Virus record (IMG/VR): IMGVR_UViG_3300032292_000618
Location: 1 to 64,000 of that record
Direction: 5' to 3' (one strand)
DNA: 64,000 nt
Source of the DNA: a virus
Lineage: Duplodnaviria > Caudoviricetes
A program made the position numbers and the translations under genes. This document shows, in pieces, positions 38,403 to 47,890 of this stretch (its first letter is position 1; each line of letters opens with the position of its first letter). The notes beneath the pieces are model-generated. The model searched no databases. It was not told where the DNA came from and was given only the letters and a program-made list of their open reading frames with translations.

Positions 38403-39053
38403 ATGGCTAGATTTCAAGACAGAACTATTGATGCCTTTAAAACAAAATTAAAGGGAGGTGGTGCACGCAGTAACTTATTTGAAGTTACTTTTGACAGTAA
38501 TAATTCTGGAGCAAGTGGTGGTGTTCCAAGTGGAAGATTTTTCCAGGAAATTGGAATTTCATTTGATCAGGGAGATCTAATGTTGATTAAGGCAGCTAGT
38601 ATGCCTGCATCAACTATTGCTGAAATTCCAGTTCCTTTTAGAGGTAGAACTCTTAAGATTGCTGGAGACAGAACCTTTGATGTTTGGACAATCACAGTCA
38701 TTAATGACACTGATTTCAGATGGAGAAGCTTTTTTGAAAGATGGATGAATTTCATCACTAAAGTATCTGATGGGTCTGGAACTATCTCTCCTTCTGATTA
38801 CATGACAGACATGAGTGTGTCACAACTCTCAAGAGGTCCTGTAGGTTCATTGGGAACCAGAGGAGACCAAAATGCCACTGAAATTCAAGTTTTAAGAAAG
38901 TACACTGTTCATGGTGTATTTCCAACCAGTGTTTCTGCTATTGATTTATCATATAACAATGAAAATGAAATTGAAGAATTTACTGTAGATCTTCAAGTTC
39001 AATGGTGGGAAGCTAATGATGCTGCAGGATTAGCTAACTCCAGCATAGTCTAA
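38403..39053 (+). CDS. gp19: Tail tube protein gp19
   Basis: GGGAR.NLFEV, FRGR.LKIAGDRTF..WT.TV.ND, IEEF.V. Confidence 0.95.
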   Translation: MARFQDRTIDAFKTKLKGGGARSNLFEVTFDSNNSGASGGVPSGRFFQEIGISFDQGDLMLIKAASMPASTIAEIPVPFRGRTLKIAGDRTFDVWTITVINDTDFRWRSFFERWMNFITKVSDGSGTISPSDYMTDMSVSQLSRGPVGSLGTRGDQNATEIQVLRKYTVHGVFPTSVSAIDLSYNNENEIEEFTVDLQVQWWEANDAAGLANSSIV

Positions 39054-39079
39054 ATACTATTACAGTTTAAAATTATACA

Positions 39080-40732
39080 ATGGCAAGACTTTTTGGGTTT
39101 TCACTTGAAGACGATAATAAATTACCAAAAGAAGCGATCTCCCCTGTCCCAGATAATAATGAGGATGGGGTTGATTATTATTTAACTAGTGGTTTTTATG
39201 GTCAATATGTAGATATTGAAGGTGTTTATAGAAATGAATATGATTTAATCAAAAGATATAGGGAGATGGCTCTTCATCCAGAGTGTGATAGTGCTATTGA
39301 AAATGTAGTTAATGAGGCTATTGTAAGTGATCTTAATGATTCTCCAGTTGAAATTGAATTAAGTAATTTAAATGCTAGTGATGGTTTAAAGAAAATCATT
39401 AGACAAGAATTTAAATACATTAAAGATCTTATGGATTTTGATAAAAAATCTCATGAGATCTTTAAGAATTGGTACGTAGATGGAAGAATTTTATATCATA
39501 AAGTTATAGACTTGAAAAAACCAGAAGAAGGTATTCAAGACATTAGATTTATGGATGCCTTGAAAACTAAATTTATCAGAAAGGAAAAGAAAAGATCTGA
39601 TAATTATGCTGGAGTTTATAACAACAGACAAGAAGCTTCTGATTTCAATGAACCAGAAATAGAAGAATATTTTCTGTATTTTCCTCTAGGACACATCCAA
39701 AAAACTGCTGCAGCAAACAAAGGAATTCCCATTTCAAAAGATGCAGTTACCTTTGTAACATCTGGTCTTGTAGATAGAAATAGGCAACTTACTCTTTCTT
39801 ATCTACATAAAGCAATTAAAGCACTCAATCAATTAAGGATGATTGAAGATGCGCTTGTTATCTACAGACTTTCTAGAGCACCAGAAAGAAGAATCTTTTA
39901 CATTGATGTAGGCAACCTTCCTAAGGTAAAGGCAGAGCAATACCTTAGAGATGTGATGAATCGCTATAGAAATAAACTAGTGTATGATGCAAGCACTGGT
40001 GAAATGAGGGACGATAAGAAGTTCATGAGTATGATGGAAGACTTCTGGTTGCCTCGTAGAGAAGGTGGCAGAGGCACTGAAATCACTACTCTTCCAGGTG
40101 GTCAAAATCTTGGAGAGTTAACTGATGTTCAGTATTTCCAAAAGAAACTATTCAGAGCATTGAATGTTCCTGAGTCGAGAACTGCATCAGATGGAGGATT
40201 TAATCTAGGAAGATCATCTGAAATTCTTAGAGATGAACTGATGTTTGGTAAGTTTGTAGGAAGACTAAGAAAGAGATTTAGCAATGTTTTCCATGACATG
40301 CTAAAAACTCAGTTAATCTTAAAAAATATTGTAACCCCAGAAGATTGGGACAAAATGAGTGATCATATTCAATATGATTATCTCTATGATGGTCATTTTT
40401 CCGAGTTAAAAGATACTGAGTTGATGAATGAGAGACTCAATCTTATGGTTGCTATTGAACCTTATATTGGAACTTACTATTCAAGAGATTATGTAAGAAG
40501 AAAAATTCTAAGGCAGACTGATCAAGAAATCTTTGATGAAGATAATTTAATTAAAAAGGAAATTAAAGATGGATTGTATATAGATCCAAAATTAATGCCA
40601 CCAGTAGGTCCAGATGGTATGCCTTTAGATCCAATGGCAGCAGGAAATGAACCTATGGGAGTGGCACCAAAAGAACCAGATACTCTATCCACTGATAATA
40701 AAATTACAAATATCAAGGGAGCTGAGATATAA
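39080..40732 (+). CDS. gp20: Portal protein gp20
   Basis: IYRLSRAPERRIFYIDVGNLP, EDFWLPRREGGRGTEITTLPGG; CTAAATA at 39050. Confidence 0.97.
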   Translation: MARLFGFSLEDDNKLPKEAISPVPDNNEDGVDYYLTSGFYGQYVDIEGVYRNEYDLIKRYREMALHPECDSAIENVVNEAIVSDLNDSPVEIELSNLNASDGLKKIIRQEFKYIKDLMDFDKKSHEIFKNWYVDGRILYHKVIDLKKPEEGIQDIRFMDALKTKFIRKEKKRSDNYAGVYNNRQEASDFNEPEIEEYFLYFPLGHIQKTAAANKGIPISKDAVTFVTSGLVDRNRQLTLSYLHKAIKALNQLRMIEDALVIYRLSRAPERRIFYIDVGNLPKVKAEQYLRDVMNRYRNKLVYDASTGEMRDDKKFMSMMEDFWLPRREGGRGTEITTLPGGQNLGELTDVQYFQKKLFRALNVPESRTASDGGFNLGRSSEILRDELMFGKFVGRLRKRFSNVFHDMLKTQLILKNIVTPEDWDKMSDHIQYDYLYDGHFSELKDTELMNERLNLMVAIEPYIGTYYSRDYVRRKILRQTDQEIFDEDNLIKKEIKDGLYIDPKLMPPVGPDGMPLDPMAAGNEPMGVAPKEPDTLSTDNKITNIKGAEI

Positions 40733-40755
40733 ATAATTCAAAATACTATTTTTTT

Positions 40756-40923
40756 ATGGAATCTACTGCTGAATTAATGGACATGATACTTACTGATGGA
40801 TCTCCTGAGGAAGTTTCAGATAAGATTAAAGAAATTCTCTACACTAAGTCATCTGAAATAATTGATGGATTAAAACCCGTAGTATCTAAAAATATGTTTT
40901 CCTCTATGCTTGATGAGGAGTAA
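40756..40923 (+). CDS. Small acidic prohead core protein (gp67-like position), not in the ORF track
   Basis: 55 aa ORF MESTAELMDMIL...LDEE after TATAAATA at 40728-40735. Confidence 0.7.
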   Translation: MESTAELMDMILTDGSPEEVSDKIKEILYTKSSEIIDGLKPVVSKNMFSSMLDEE

Positions 40924-40960
40924 TACAATTAATAAATAATTAATATAAGTCCACATAAGT

Positions 40961-41491
40961 ATGTCATACAAAATAGTACAGACACTAGCACCAATTACAA
41001 GTGCTGGTGCAGCATCTACACAAAGTGCTGCAATCACTCTTCAAAGTGGTTTTATTAGAATAGTTCCAGTTGGTGCTACTGTTGCTGTTTCTATTGGCAC
41101 TAATCCAACTGCAACAACTAGTGATTTTCCAATTTCTCAATATCAACCTGAAGTGTTGAAAGAAAGAGTTGCCAGACAAAAAATTTCAGGTATTACTACT
41201 GGAACAACAACTATTATTAGTTTTGGTGAAAATTCTGGAAATCCATTTATTGTTGGGGATCATGTATCTGTGAGTGGGTCTCAACCTGTAGGATTGAATA
41301 CTGATCACAATCAAATCATATCTAAAACTGATTCATCAATTACTATAGCATTTAATAGTAGTGCAGTTGGTGGAGCAGTTACTGTTACAAATGCAATTGT
41401 GGCAAGAAGTGTAAAAATTGCTGCATATGGATTGGGAGCAGTAGCAACAGGTGTTTACATTTCAGAAGTACAAACCACATCACAAGGATGA
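40961..41491 (+). CDS. Late structural protein between portal and prohead protease
   Basis: AATAAATA at 40931; S/T/G/A-rich beta protein. Confidence 0.7.
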   Translation: MSYKIVQTLAPITSAGAASTQSAAITLQSGFIRIVPVGATVAVSIGTNPTATTSDFPISQYQPEVLKERVARQKISGITTGTTTIISFGENSGNPFIVGDHVSVSGSQPVGLNTDHNQIISKTDSSITIAFNSSAVGGAVTVTNAIVARSVKIAAYGLGAVATGVYISEVQTTSQG

Positions 41492-42144
41492 CCATGAAAC
41501 TAATCACGGAAGAAATTGAATCAGTAGAAATTATTACTGAGGAAAAGAATGGTAAACAAACCCTGTACATTCAGGGACCATTTCTACAAGCAGAAGTAAC
41601 TAATAGAAATGGCAGATGCTATCCAATGGAAGTACTTGCTAGAGAAGTAACCAAATATAATGAAACTTTTATCAAGCAAGGTAGAGCACTTGGAGAACTT
41701 GGACATCCAGATGGTCCAACAGTAAATCTGGATAGAGTATCTCATATGATCACTAGCCTCAAGTCTGAGGGAAATAATTTTGTTGGTAAAGCAAAAATCC
41801 TTGATACCCCAATGGGCAACATTGCAAAATCACTTCTTGGGGAAGGAGTAAAGCTTGGAGTTTCTTCTAGAGGAATTGGTTCTTTAGTTGAAAGAAATGG
41901 AATTAAATATATTGGCGATGATTTTATGCTTGCAACTGCAGCAGATATAGTTGCAGATCCTTCAGCACCAGATGCATTTGTTGAAGGTATTATGGAAGGT
42001 AAAGAATGGGTTTGGGATGGTGGAATTTTGAAAGAAATGAATGCTCAACAAACAAAGCAAAAGATCGAAAGATTAGTAAAACAGAGAAAGTTAAATGAGC
42101 AAACAAAGCTCAAAGCATTTTCTGATTATCTCTTAAATCTTTAA
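41488..42144 (+). CDS. gp21: Prohead protease gp21 (start may be 41494, MKLITE)
   Basis: NRNGR.YP, ALGELGHP, GVSSRG.GS, DIVADPSAPDAFV. Confidence 0.95.
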   Translation: MTMKLITEEIESVEIITEEKNGKQTLYIQGPFLQAEVTNRNGRCYPMEVLAREVTKYNETFIKQGRALGELGHPDGPTVNLDRVSHMITSLKSEGNNFVGKAKILDTPMGNIAKSLLGEGVKLGVSSRGIGSLVERNGIKYIGDDFMLATAADIVADPSAPDAFVEGIMEGKEWVWDGGILKEMNAQQTKQKIERLVKQRKLNEQTKLKAFSDYLLNL

Positions 42145-42199
42145 ATTATAAATAAATATAGAATAAATCAAAAAAGAGATTTTTATTCGGAGCATACAA

Positions 42200-43357
42200 A
42201 TGAGTGTCGGTAACGATTTACAAGAAATGGAAGTATCTACTAAAAAATCTGTCACTGCTGTAAATAGGAGTGCCAAGTCTGCAGAAGGTATGCATAAAGC
42301 AACCATTCCAGGCGAAGGTCTTGTTGCTGGAGTGGAAGATTTAGGAGGTCCAACTCCCCAGAATTCAAGACCTGATGATGAGTCAAACAAGTATAAGACT
42401 CCTTCTGGAAAACTAAAGGCTGTTAGAGATGTTCAGCATAAAGGAGCTAAGTCTCCTGACCCAATGCAACATGCTAACAAAGCAGCAATGTCTTATGAAG
42501 AAACTGAATCTGAAGAAGAAGATTTAGTTTTAGAATCAGAAGAGTCTGAGGAAGATGAAGTTGTAGATGGTGAAGCAGAAGGTGAAGAAGTTGTAGAAGA
42601 AGACACTCTTTCACTGAAAGAAAAGTTAGATCAGATTGCAAACGAAAATATTGATTACTCTGATGATATCAATGCTCTTATGGAAGGTGAAAATCTTTCA
42701 GAAGAGTTTATGAAGAAGGCAGCAACAATTTTTGAAGCTGCTGTTAAATCAAAACTTATTTCTGCTATGGAAGCACTACAAGATCAATATCAAAAAGATC
42801 TTGTAGAAGAAGTTACAGAAATAAGATCAGAACTAACAAGTAGAGTTGATGCTTATCTTGAGTATGTATCTGAAGAGTGGATTGAAGAAAACGCTCTTCA
42901 GATTGAATCAGGGATTAAGGGAGAAATCTCAGAATCCTTCATGAGCAAACTCTTTGAACTTTTTGAAGAACATTATGTAGAAATCCCTGAAGATAAATAT
43001 AATGTGCTAGAAGGCATGGTCGAAAGACTAGATGAAATGGAGTCAAAACTCAACGAACAGATCGAAAGAAATGTTCAATTAAATCAAAGACTAAGTGAGG
43101 CTGTAAGTGATACCATTTTTAATAATGTAACTGAAGGGTTAGCTTTAACTCAGAAGGAAAAACTTGCAGGTCTTGCAGAAGGTGTTGAGTTTGAAGGTGA
43201 GACAGACTATCGTGAGAAACTGGAAACTCTAAAGGAGTCATACTTCCCAAGAGCAACAGGTTCTACAAGAGAAGAAGTGCTGATTCAAGAAAATGTTGAG
43301 GAGTATACTCCTCAAATGAACGCTTATCTGAGAGCACTTAACAAATTCTCAAAGTGA
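42200..43357 (+). CDS. gp22: Prohead scaffolding protein gp22
   Basis: Acidic coiled coil, KAATIFEAAV, VD.YLEYV.EEW, KL.TLKESYF; TATAAATA at 42147. Confidence 0.92.
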   Translation: MSVGNDLQEMEVSTKKSVTAVNRSAKSAEGMHKATIPGEGLVAGVEDLGGPTPQNSRPDDESNKYKTPSGKLKAVRDVQHKGAKSPDPMQHANKAAMSYEETESEEEDLVLESEESEEDEVVDGEAEGEEVVEEDTLSLKEKLDQIANENIDYSDDINALMEGENLSEEFMKKAATIFEAAVKSKLISAMEALQDQYQKDLVEEVTEIRSELTSRVDAYLEYVSEEWIEENALQIESGIKGEISESFMSKLFELFEEHYVEIPEDKYNVLEGMVERLDEMESKLNEQIERNVQLNQRLSEAVSDTIFNNVTEGLALTQKEKLAGLAEGVEFEGETDYREKLETLKESYFPRATGSTREEVLIQENVEEYTPQMNAYLRALNKFSK

Positions 43358-43426
43358 ACTTTAGGTTATACTAAATATTTGTAGTTAAACAAACACTTTA
43401 CCAAGACTTAACAAGGAGAAAAGCAA

Positions 43427-44872
43427 ATGTTCCTTTCAGAACAATTGCAGAGAAAGTGGGAACCTCTACTTGAGGCTGAAGGTCTTAACAAGATTTCAGA
43501 TCCTTATAAGAGAGCTGTTACCGCTCAACTGCTAGAAAACCAAGAAAGATTTTTAAGAGAAGAGAGAGCCTTCATTTCTGAAGCTGCTCCTAACATCAAC
43601 ACCCTATCAGGTGCAACTCCTGGTGCAGGTTCAGGCAATGCAGGTTTCTCAGGAAACGCAACTGCTGGTGGTCCTGTTGCTGGTTTTGATCCTGTTCTGA
43701 TCTCACTGATCAGACGTTCAATGCCTAATTTGGTTGCATATGATCTTGCTGGCGTTCAGCCAATGAATGGTCCAACTGGACTAATCTTTGCAATGAGAAG
43801 CAGATATGTTAACCAGAATGGTCAGGAAGCACTCTTCAATGAGCCTGATACTGCATACTCTGCTCAGAACAGTGGTGCAAACCTAACTCAAGGTGACTAC
43901 ACTGGTGGTTCAGATGGTGGTGCATCTGTAGGTTTTGGTACTACTGGTTTTGCACTTGGTGGATCTGCTGCTGGATCAAACCCTGCAGACCTTAACAGTG
44001 CTGGTGCTCTTGGAGTCAACTATAAGACTGGTCAAGGCATGGGCACTGCTTCTGCTGAGGCACTTGGTGATGCTGATGGAAATCAGTTCAACCAGATGGC
44101 ATTCAGTATTGAGAAGCTTGCAGTTACTGCAAAGTCAAGAGCACTCAAAGCTGAGTACACCCTTGAGCTTGCACAAGACCTCAAGGCAATTCATGGTCTT
44201 GATGCTGAAGCTGAGTTAGCAAACATTCTCTCAACTGAAATCCTTGCTGAGATCAACAGAGAGATCATCAGAACCATCTATAAGGTTGCTGAAACTGGTG
44301 CACAGACCAATGTTGCTACTTCAGGTATCTTTGACCTGGATGTAGACTCCAATGGTAGATGGTCAGTTGAGAAGTTCAAGGGTCTTCTGTTCCAACTTGA
44401 GAGAGATGCTAATGCTATCGCTCAAAGAACAAGAAGAGGGAAGGGTAATGTAATCCTCTGCTCTGCTGATGTTGCTTCTGCACTCACCATGGCAGGTTTA
44501 CTTGATTACACCCCTGCACTCAATGCTAACCTGAATGTTGATGATACTGGCAATACTTTTGCTGGTGTTCTCAATGGTAAGTTCAAGGTTTATATTGACC
44601 CATATTCTGCAAACCTTGCTGCTGAGCAGTATTATGTTGTAGGTTACAAGGGAACCAATCCTTATGATGCTGGTTTGTTCTACTGCCCTTATGTACCTCT
44701 CCAGATGGTACGTGCTGTTGGTCAGGACACCTTCCAGCCTAAGATTGGCTTCAAGACCAGATATGGTATGGTTGCAAACCCATTTGCAGAAGGTACCGAT
44801 CAAGGTCTTGGCAGAATCCAACAGAATACCAACAGATACTACAGAAGAGTACAAGTCAAGAACCTCATGTGA
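43427..44872 (+). CDS. gp23: Major capsid protein gp23
   Basis: LISLIRRSMPNL, GVQPMNGPTGLIFAMR, YCPYVPL, FQPKIGFKTRYG; AAGGAG SD, CTAAATA at 43371. Confidence 0.98.
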   Translation: MFLSEQLQRKWEPLLEAEGLNKISDPYKRAVTAQLLENQERFLREERAFISEAAPNINTLSGATPGAGSGNAGFSGNATAGGPVAGFDPVLISLIRRSMPNLVAYDLAGVQPMNGPTGLIFAMRSRYVNQNGQEALFNEPDTAYSAQNSGANLTQGDYTGGSDGGASVGFGTTGFALGGSAAGSNPADLNSAGALGVNYKTGQGMGTASAEALGDADGNQFNQMAFSIEKLAVTAKSRALKAEYTLELAQDLKAIHGLDAEAELANILSTEILAEINREIIRTIYKVAETGAQTNVATSGIFDLDVDSNGRWSVEKFKGLLFQLERDANAIAQRTRRGKGNVILCSADVASALTMAGLLDYTPALNANLNVDDTGNTFAGVLNGKFKVYIDPYSANLAAEQYYVVGYKGTNPYDAGLFYCPYVPLQMVRAVGQDTFQPKIGFKTRYGMVANPFAEGTDQGLGRIQQNTNRYYRRVQVKNLM

Positions 44873-44890
44873 GTTTCTTTTCAACTCTTC

Positions 44891-44920
44891 AGGGACCTCC
44901 TTTTTGGGGGTCCTTTTTTT
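44891..44920 (+). terminator. Rho-independent terminator after gp23
   Basis: AGGGACCTCC-loop-GGGGGTCCTT followed by a T run. Confidence 0.85.
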
Positions 44921-44941
44921 ATGGGATAAATAGTTCAAAAA

Positions 44942-45505
44942 ATGGCAACAAGTCCTTGGCAAACTCAAGTAACAAATAGAAATTTTCTATCCCCACTTGG
45001 GTTTAAATTTACTTTAGCAAAAGCACCTAAAGTAGATTTTTTTTCAAACTCTGCAAACATTCCTTCAATAACTTTAGGAACTGCTATCCAAACTCGCTAT
45101 GGAAAGAACATAGATATTCCTGGCGATAAAATGAATTTTGAAGATTTTAGTTTGAGATTTTTGGTAGATGAAGACTTAGAAAATTATATGGAAATCCAGA
45201 ACTGGATGAGGGGACTGGGGTTCCCATATAGCTTAGAACAATACAGTGATCTTCAAACTGAAGATACTGGATACAATTCTCCAGCAATAGAAGGAAGATT
45301 TTACGAAGAGTCTGATGGAACTCTTCAAATTTTAAACAGTAATTTTGTTCCAAATGCTCAGGTAATTTATACTGGATTATTTCCATATTACCTATCAACT
45401 CTTCAGTTTGATGCTACACAAACTGATATCCAATACTTTACAGCAGAAGTAACATTTAAGTATACTTATTATAGAATAGTTAGCCCAACAGGAACTCCTT
45501 TATGA
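44942..45505 (+). CDS. gp3: Tail completion / tube terminator gp3
   Basis: NFLSP.GFKF, PGDK..FE, FLVDEDLENY. Confidence 0.88.
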   Translation: MATSPWQTQVTNRNFLSPLGFKFTLAKAPKVDFFSNSANIPSITLGTAIQTRYGKNIDIPGDKMNFEDFSLRFLVDEDLENYMEIQNWMRGLGFPYSLEQYSDLQTEDTGYNSPAIEGRFYEESDGTLQILNSNFVPNAQVIYTGLFPYYLSTLQFDATQTDIQYFTAEVTFKYTYYRIVSPTGTPL

Positions 45506-45933
45506 TTTCTCTTGATGAAATTCAAATGATGTGGAAAGAAGACTCTGAAATTAATATAGATGATTTACACAATGAGTCTTTAAAAGTTCCACTACTACAT
45601 TCAAAATATTATGAAATTTACAACAATGTATCACTTTTAAGAAAACAGGCACTAATTACATTCAAAACAAAAAAATTAGCAAGATCTAATTATTATAATG
45701 GGAAGGCAGATCCAGAAGTCTATAAAGATGATCCATTTCCATATAAAATTAGAGATAAAGAAACACTAACAAGATATCTTGAGGCCGATGAGGAATTAAA
45801 TAAAGTCTTACTTAAGATTGATTACTATGATACAATATTAAAGTATCTTGAAGAAATTATAAAAATGATTTCCAATAGATCTTATCAAATAAAAAATTCA
45901 ATTGATTTTTTAAGATTCCAAGCAGGAATGTAA
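45502..45933 (+). CDS. uvsY: Recombination mediator UvsY
   Basis: W.EDS.I, P.LHSKY, YY.GKA, R.YQIKN.I. Confidence 0.88.
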   Translation: MISLDEIQMMWKEDSEINIDDLHNESLKVPLLHSKYYEIYNNVSLLRKQALITFKTKKLARSNYYNGKADPEVYKDDPFPYKIRDKETLTRYLEADEELNKVLLKIDYYDTILKYLEEIIKMISNRSYQIKNSIDFLRFQAGM

Positions 45934-45934
45934 T

Positions 45935-47398
45935 ATGTCTGATTTAGTTATTAGCAAAAAAAATGAAATTTATTTCAAGATTGATTGTGATGCTCATATT
46001 AAATATGAACTAAGCGATCAATTTACATTTGATGTCCCTGGTGCTAAGTTCATGCCTCAATTTAGAAGCAAGCACTGGGATGGAAAAATTCGTCTATTTA
46101 ATATACAGACTGGAGAAATTTATATTGGGTTATTGGATAAATTAATAACCTTTTGTGAGAATCACAATTATAAATTTGAATTTGTAGAAAATAAGTATTA
46201 TGGTCTTCCTGGAGAAATGGACAATTCCATTTCAATGGAAGGTATTAAAGACTATATGGTAAGTATATGTTCACATGCTCCTAGAGATTATCAAGTACAA
46301 GGAGTATATGATGCTTTGAAGTATCAGAGAAAACTCATTTTATCTCCAACAGCTTCTGGTAAATCATTGATGATTTATTCAGTAGTTAGATACTTTGTAG
46401 AAAAAGGAAAAAACATTTTATTAGTAGTTCCTACTACATCTCTAGTAGAGCAGATGTACAAGGACTTTGAAGACTATGGTTGGAACTCTTCTGAATATTG
46501 TCACAAAGTTTATGGTGGCAGTGATAGATTTTCAGAAAAGCAAGTTACCATTTCAACTTGGCAGTCTATTTACAAACTAGATAAAAAGTTTTTTGATAGG
46601 TTTGATGTTGTTATTGGAGATGAGGCTCATCAATTTAAATCTAAATCCTTAATTAACATTATGTCTAATCTGCATAATGCCAAATATAGATTTGGATTTA
46701 CTGGAACTCTTGATGGATCTCAAACCCATAAATTAGTTCTTGAAGGATTATTTGGACCTACTTATAAATTGATCAAAACAGATGAGTTAATAAAGCAAGG
46801 ATTTTTATCCAAATTAAAAATTAAAGTTCTTCTTCTAAAGCATGAACCCCAAAAGTTTAATGTTTATGAGGAAGAAGTTCAATATTTAATTGGAAATTCT
46901 AGGAGAAATAATTTTATAAAGAATTTAGTTCTAGATCTTAAGGGAAATACCTTAGTATTGTTCAGTAGGGTTTCCACTCATGGAGAGCCTCTTTATGAGA
47001 TAATAAATAAAGATGGTAATAAAAATAGAAAGATATTCTTTATTCATGGTGGAGTTGATACTGAAGAAAGAGAATTAGTTAGAAAAATTACAGAAGAAGA
47101 AAGTAATGCGATTATTATTGCTTCTTATGGAACCTTTAGTACTGGAATTAATATAAAAAATTTGCACAATGTGGTATTTGCATCACCTAGTAAATCTAGA
47201 ATAAGAAATCTTCAAAGTATAGGCAGAGTTCTTAGAAAAGGAAAAGAGAAATTATCAGCAACATTATATGATATTGCAGATGATATGACTCATAATAGCA
47301 CAAGAAACTACACTCTCAATCACTTAGTTGAAAGAATTAAAATATACAATGAAGAAAATTTTGATTACGAAATAATTACAATAAATTTTAAAAAATAA
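45935..47398 (+). CDS. uvsW: SF2 helicase UvsW
   Basis: SPTASGKS, DEAH, TGT, QSIGR.LR. Confidence 0.95.
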   Translation: MSDLVISKKNEIYFKIDCDAHIKYELSDQFTFDVPGAKFMPQFRSKHWDGKIRLFNIQTGEIYIGLLDKLITFCENHNYKFEFVENKYYGLPGEMDNSISMEGIKDYMVSICSHAPRDYQVQGVYDALKYQRKLILSPTASGKSLMIYSVVRYFVEKGKNILLVVPTTSLVEQMYKDFEDYGWNSSEYCHKVYGGSDRFSEKQVTISTWQSIYKLDKKFFDRFDVVIGDEAHQFKSKSLINIMSNLHNAKYRFGFTGTLDGSQTHKLVLEGLFGPTYKLIKTDELIKQGFLSKLKIKVLLLKHEPQKFNVYEEEVQYLIGNSRRNNFIKNLVLDLKGNTLVLFSRVSTHGEPLYEIINKDGNKNRKIFFIHGGVDTEERELVRKITEEESNAIIIASYGTFSTGINIKNLHNVVFASPSKSRIRNLQSIGRVLRKGKEKLSATLYDIADDMTHNSTRNYTLNHLVERIKIYNEENFDYEIITINFKK

Positions 47399-47775
47399 TG
47401 GAACAGGAATTTTACGCTTCAATTAAGTTGGTATCTGGAGAAGAGATCTTTACTTTTCTTTCTGTGTTGGATGAAGATGAAAGAACTCTATTACTTCTAG
47501 ACAGTCCTATTATAATATCACATATAACCACTAAATCTGGTGCAATTGCTGGATATAAGGTTGAACCTTGGATGACTATCCCTGATGACAGTATGTATAT
47601 TATTGATATGGATAAAGTCATTACTATGACTGAAATTACTAATAAAGAAATTATTAAAATATATCATAAATTCAATAGAAGCAGTTCTAAAGTAAATATA
47701 GATAGAACTATGGGATTAATATCCAAAGTTGATGAGGCAAGAAGATCTTTAGAAAAAGCTTATAGAGAAAGTTAG
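47398..47775 (+). CDS. Conserved hypothetical protein, Sm-like fold candidate
   Basis: IKLVSGEEI N-terminal motif; position between uvsW and gp55. Confidence 0.7.
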   Translation: MEQEFYASIKLVSGEEIFTFLSVLDEDERTLLLLDSPIIISHITTKSGAIAGYKVEPWMTIPDDSMYIIDMDKVITMTEITNKEIIKIYHKFNRSSSKVNIDRTMGLISKVDEARRSLEKAYRES

Positions 47776-47805
47776 ATATTATTTTTCTTGAAACCTAACA
47801 GAGTG

Positions 47806-47834
47806 ATTCTACTTAAAATACAAATTCTTGTCAA
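47806..47834 (-). promoter_or_regulatory. Antisense sigma70 promoter
   Basis: Minus strand TTGACA (47834-47829)-N17-TAGAAT (47811-47806). Confidence 0.65.
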
Positions 47835-47838
47835 CTAC

Positions 47839-47867
47839 TTGTCATTTTTGTGTTCTTATGCTACTAT
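47839..47867 (+). promoter_or_regulatory. sigma70 promoter for gp55
   Basis: TTGTCA-N17-TACTAT with extended -10 TG. Confidence 0.7.
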
Positions 47868-47890
47868 TTGAACACCTATAAAAATATTTT

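Noticed and set aside
43935-44933. Alternative-frame ORFs within gp23 (43935..44219, 44664..44933, minus 44498..44968)
   Set aside because: Explained by the strong high-expression codon bias of gp23 (few NTA codons); no SD, and one crosses the terminator
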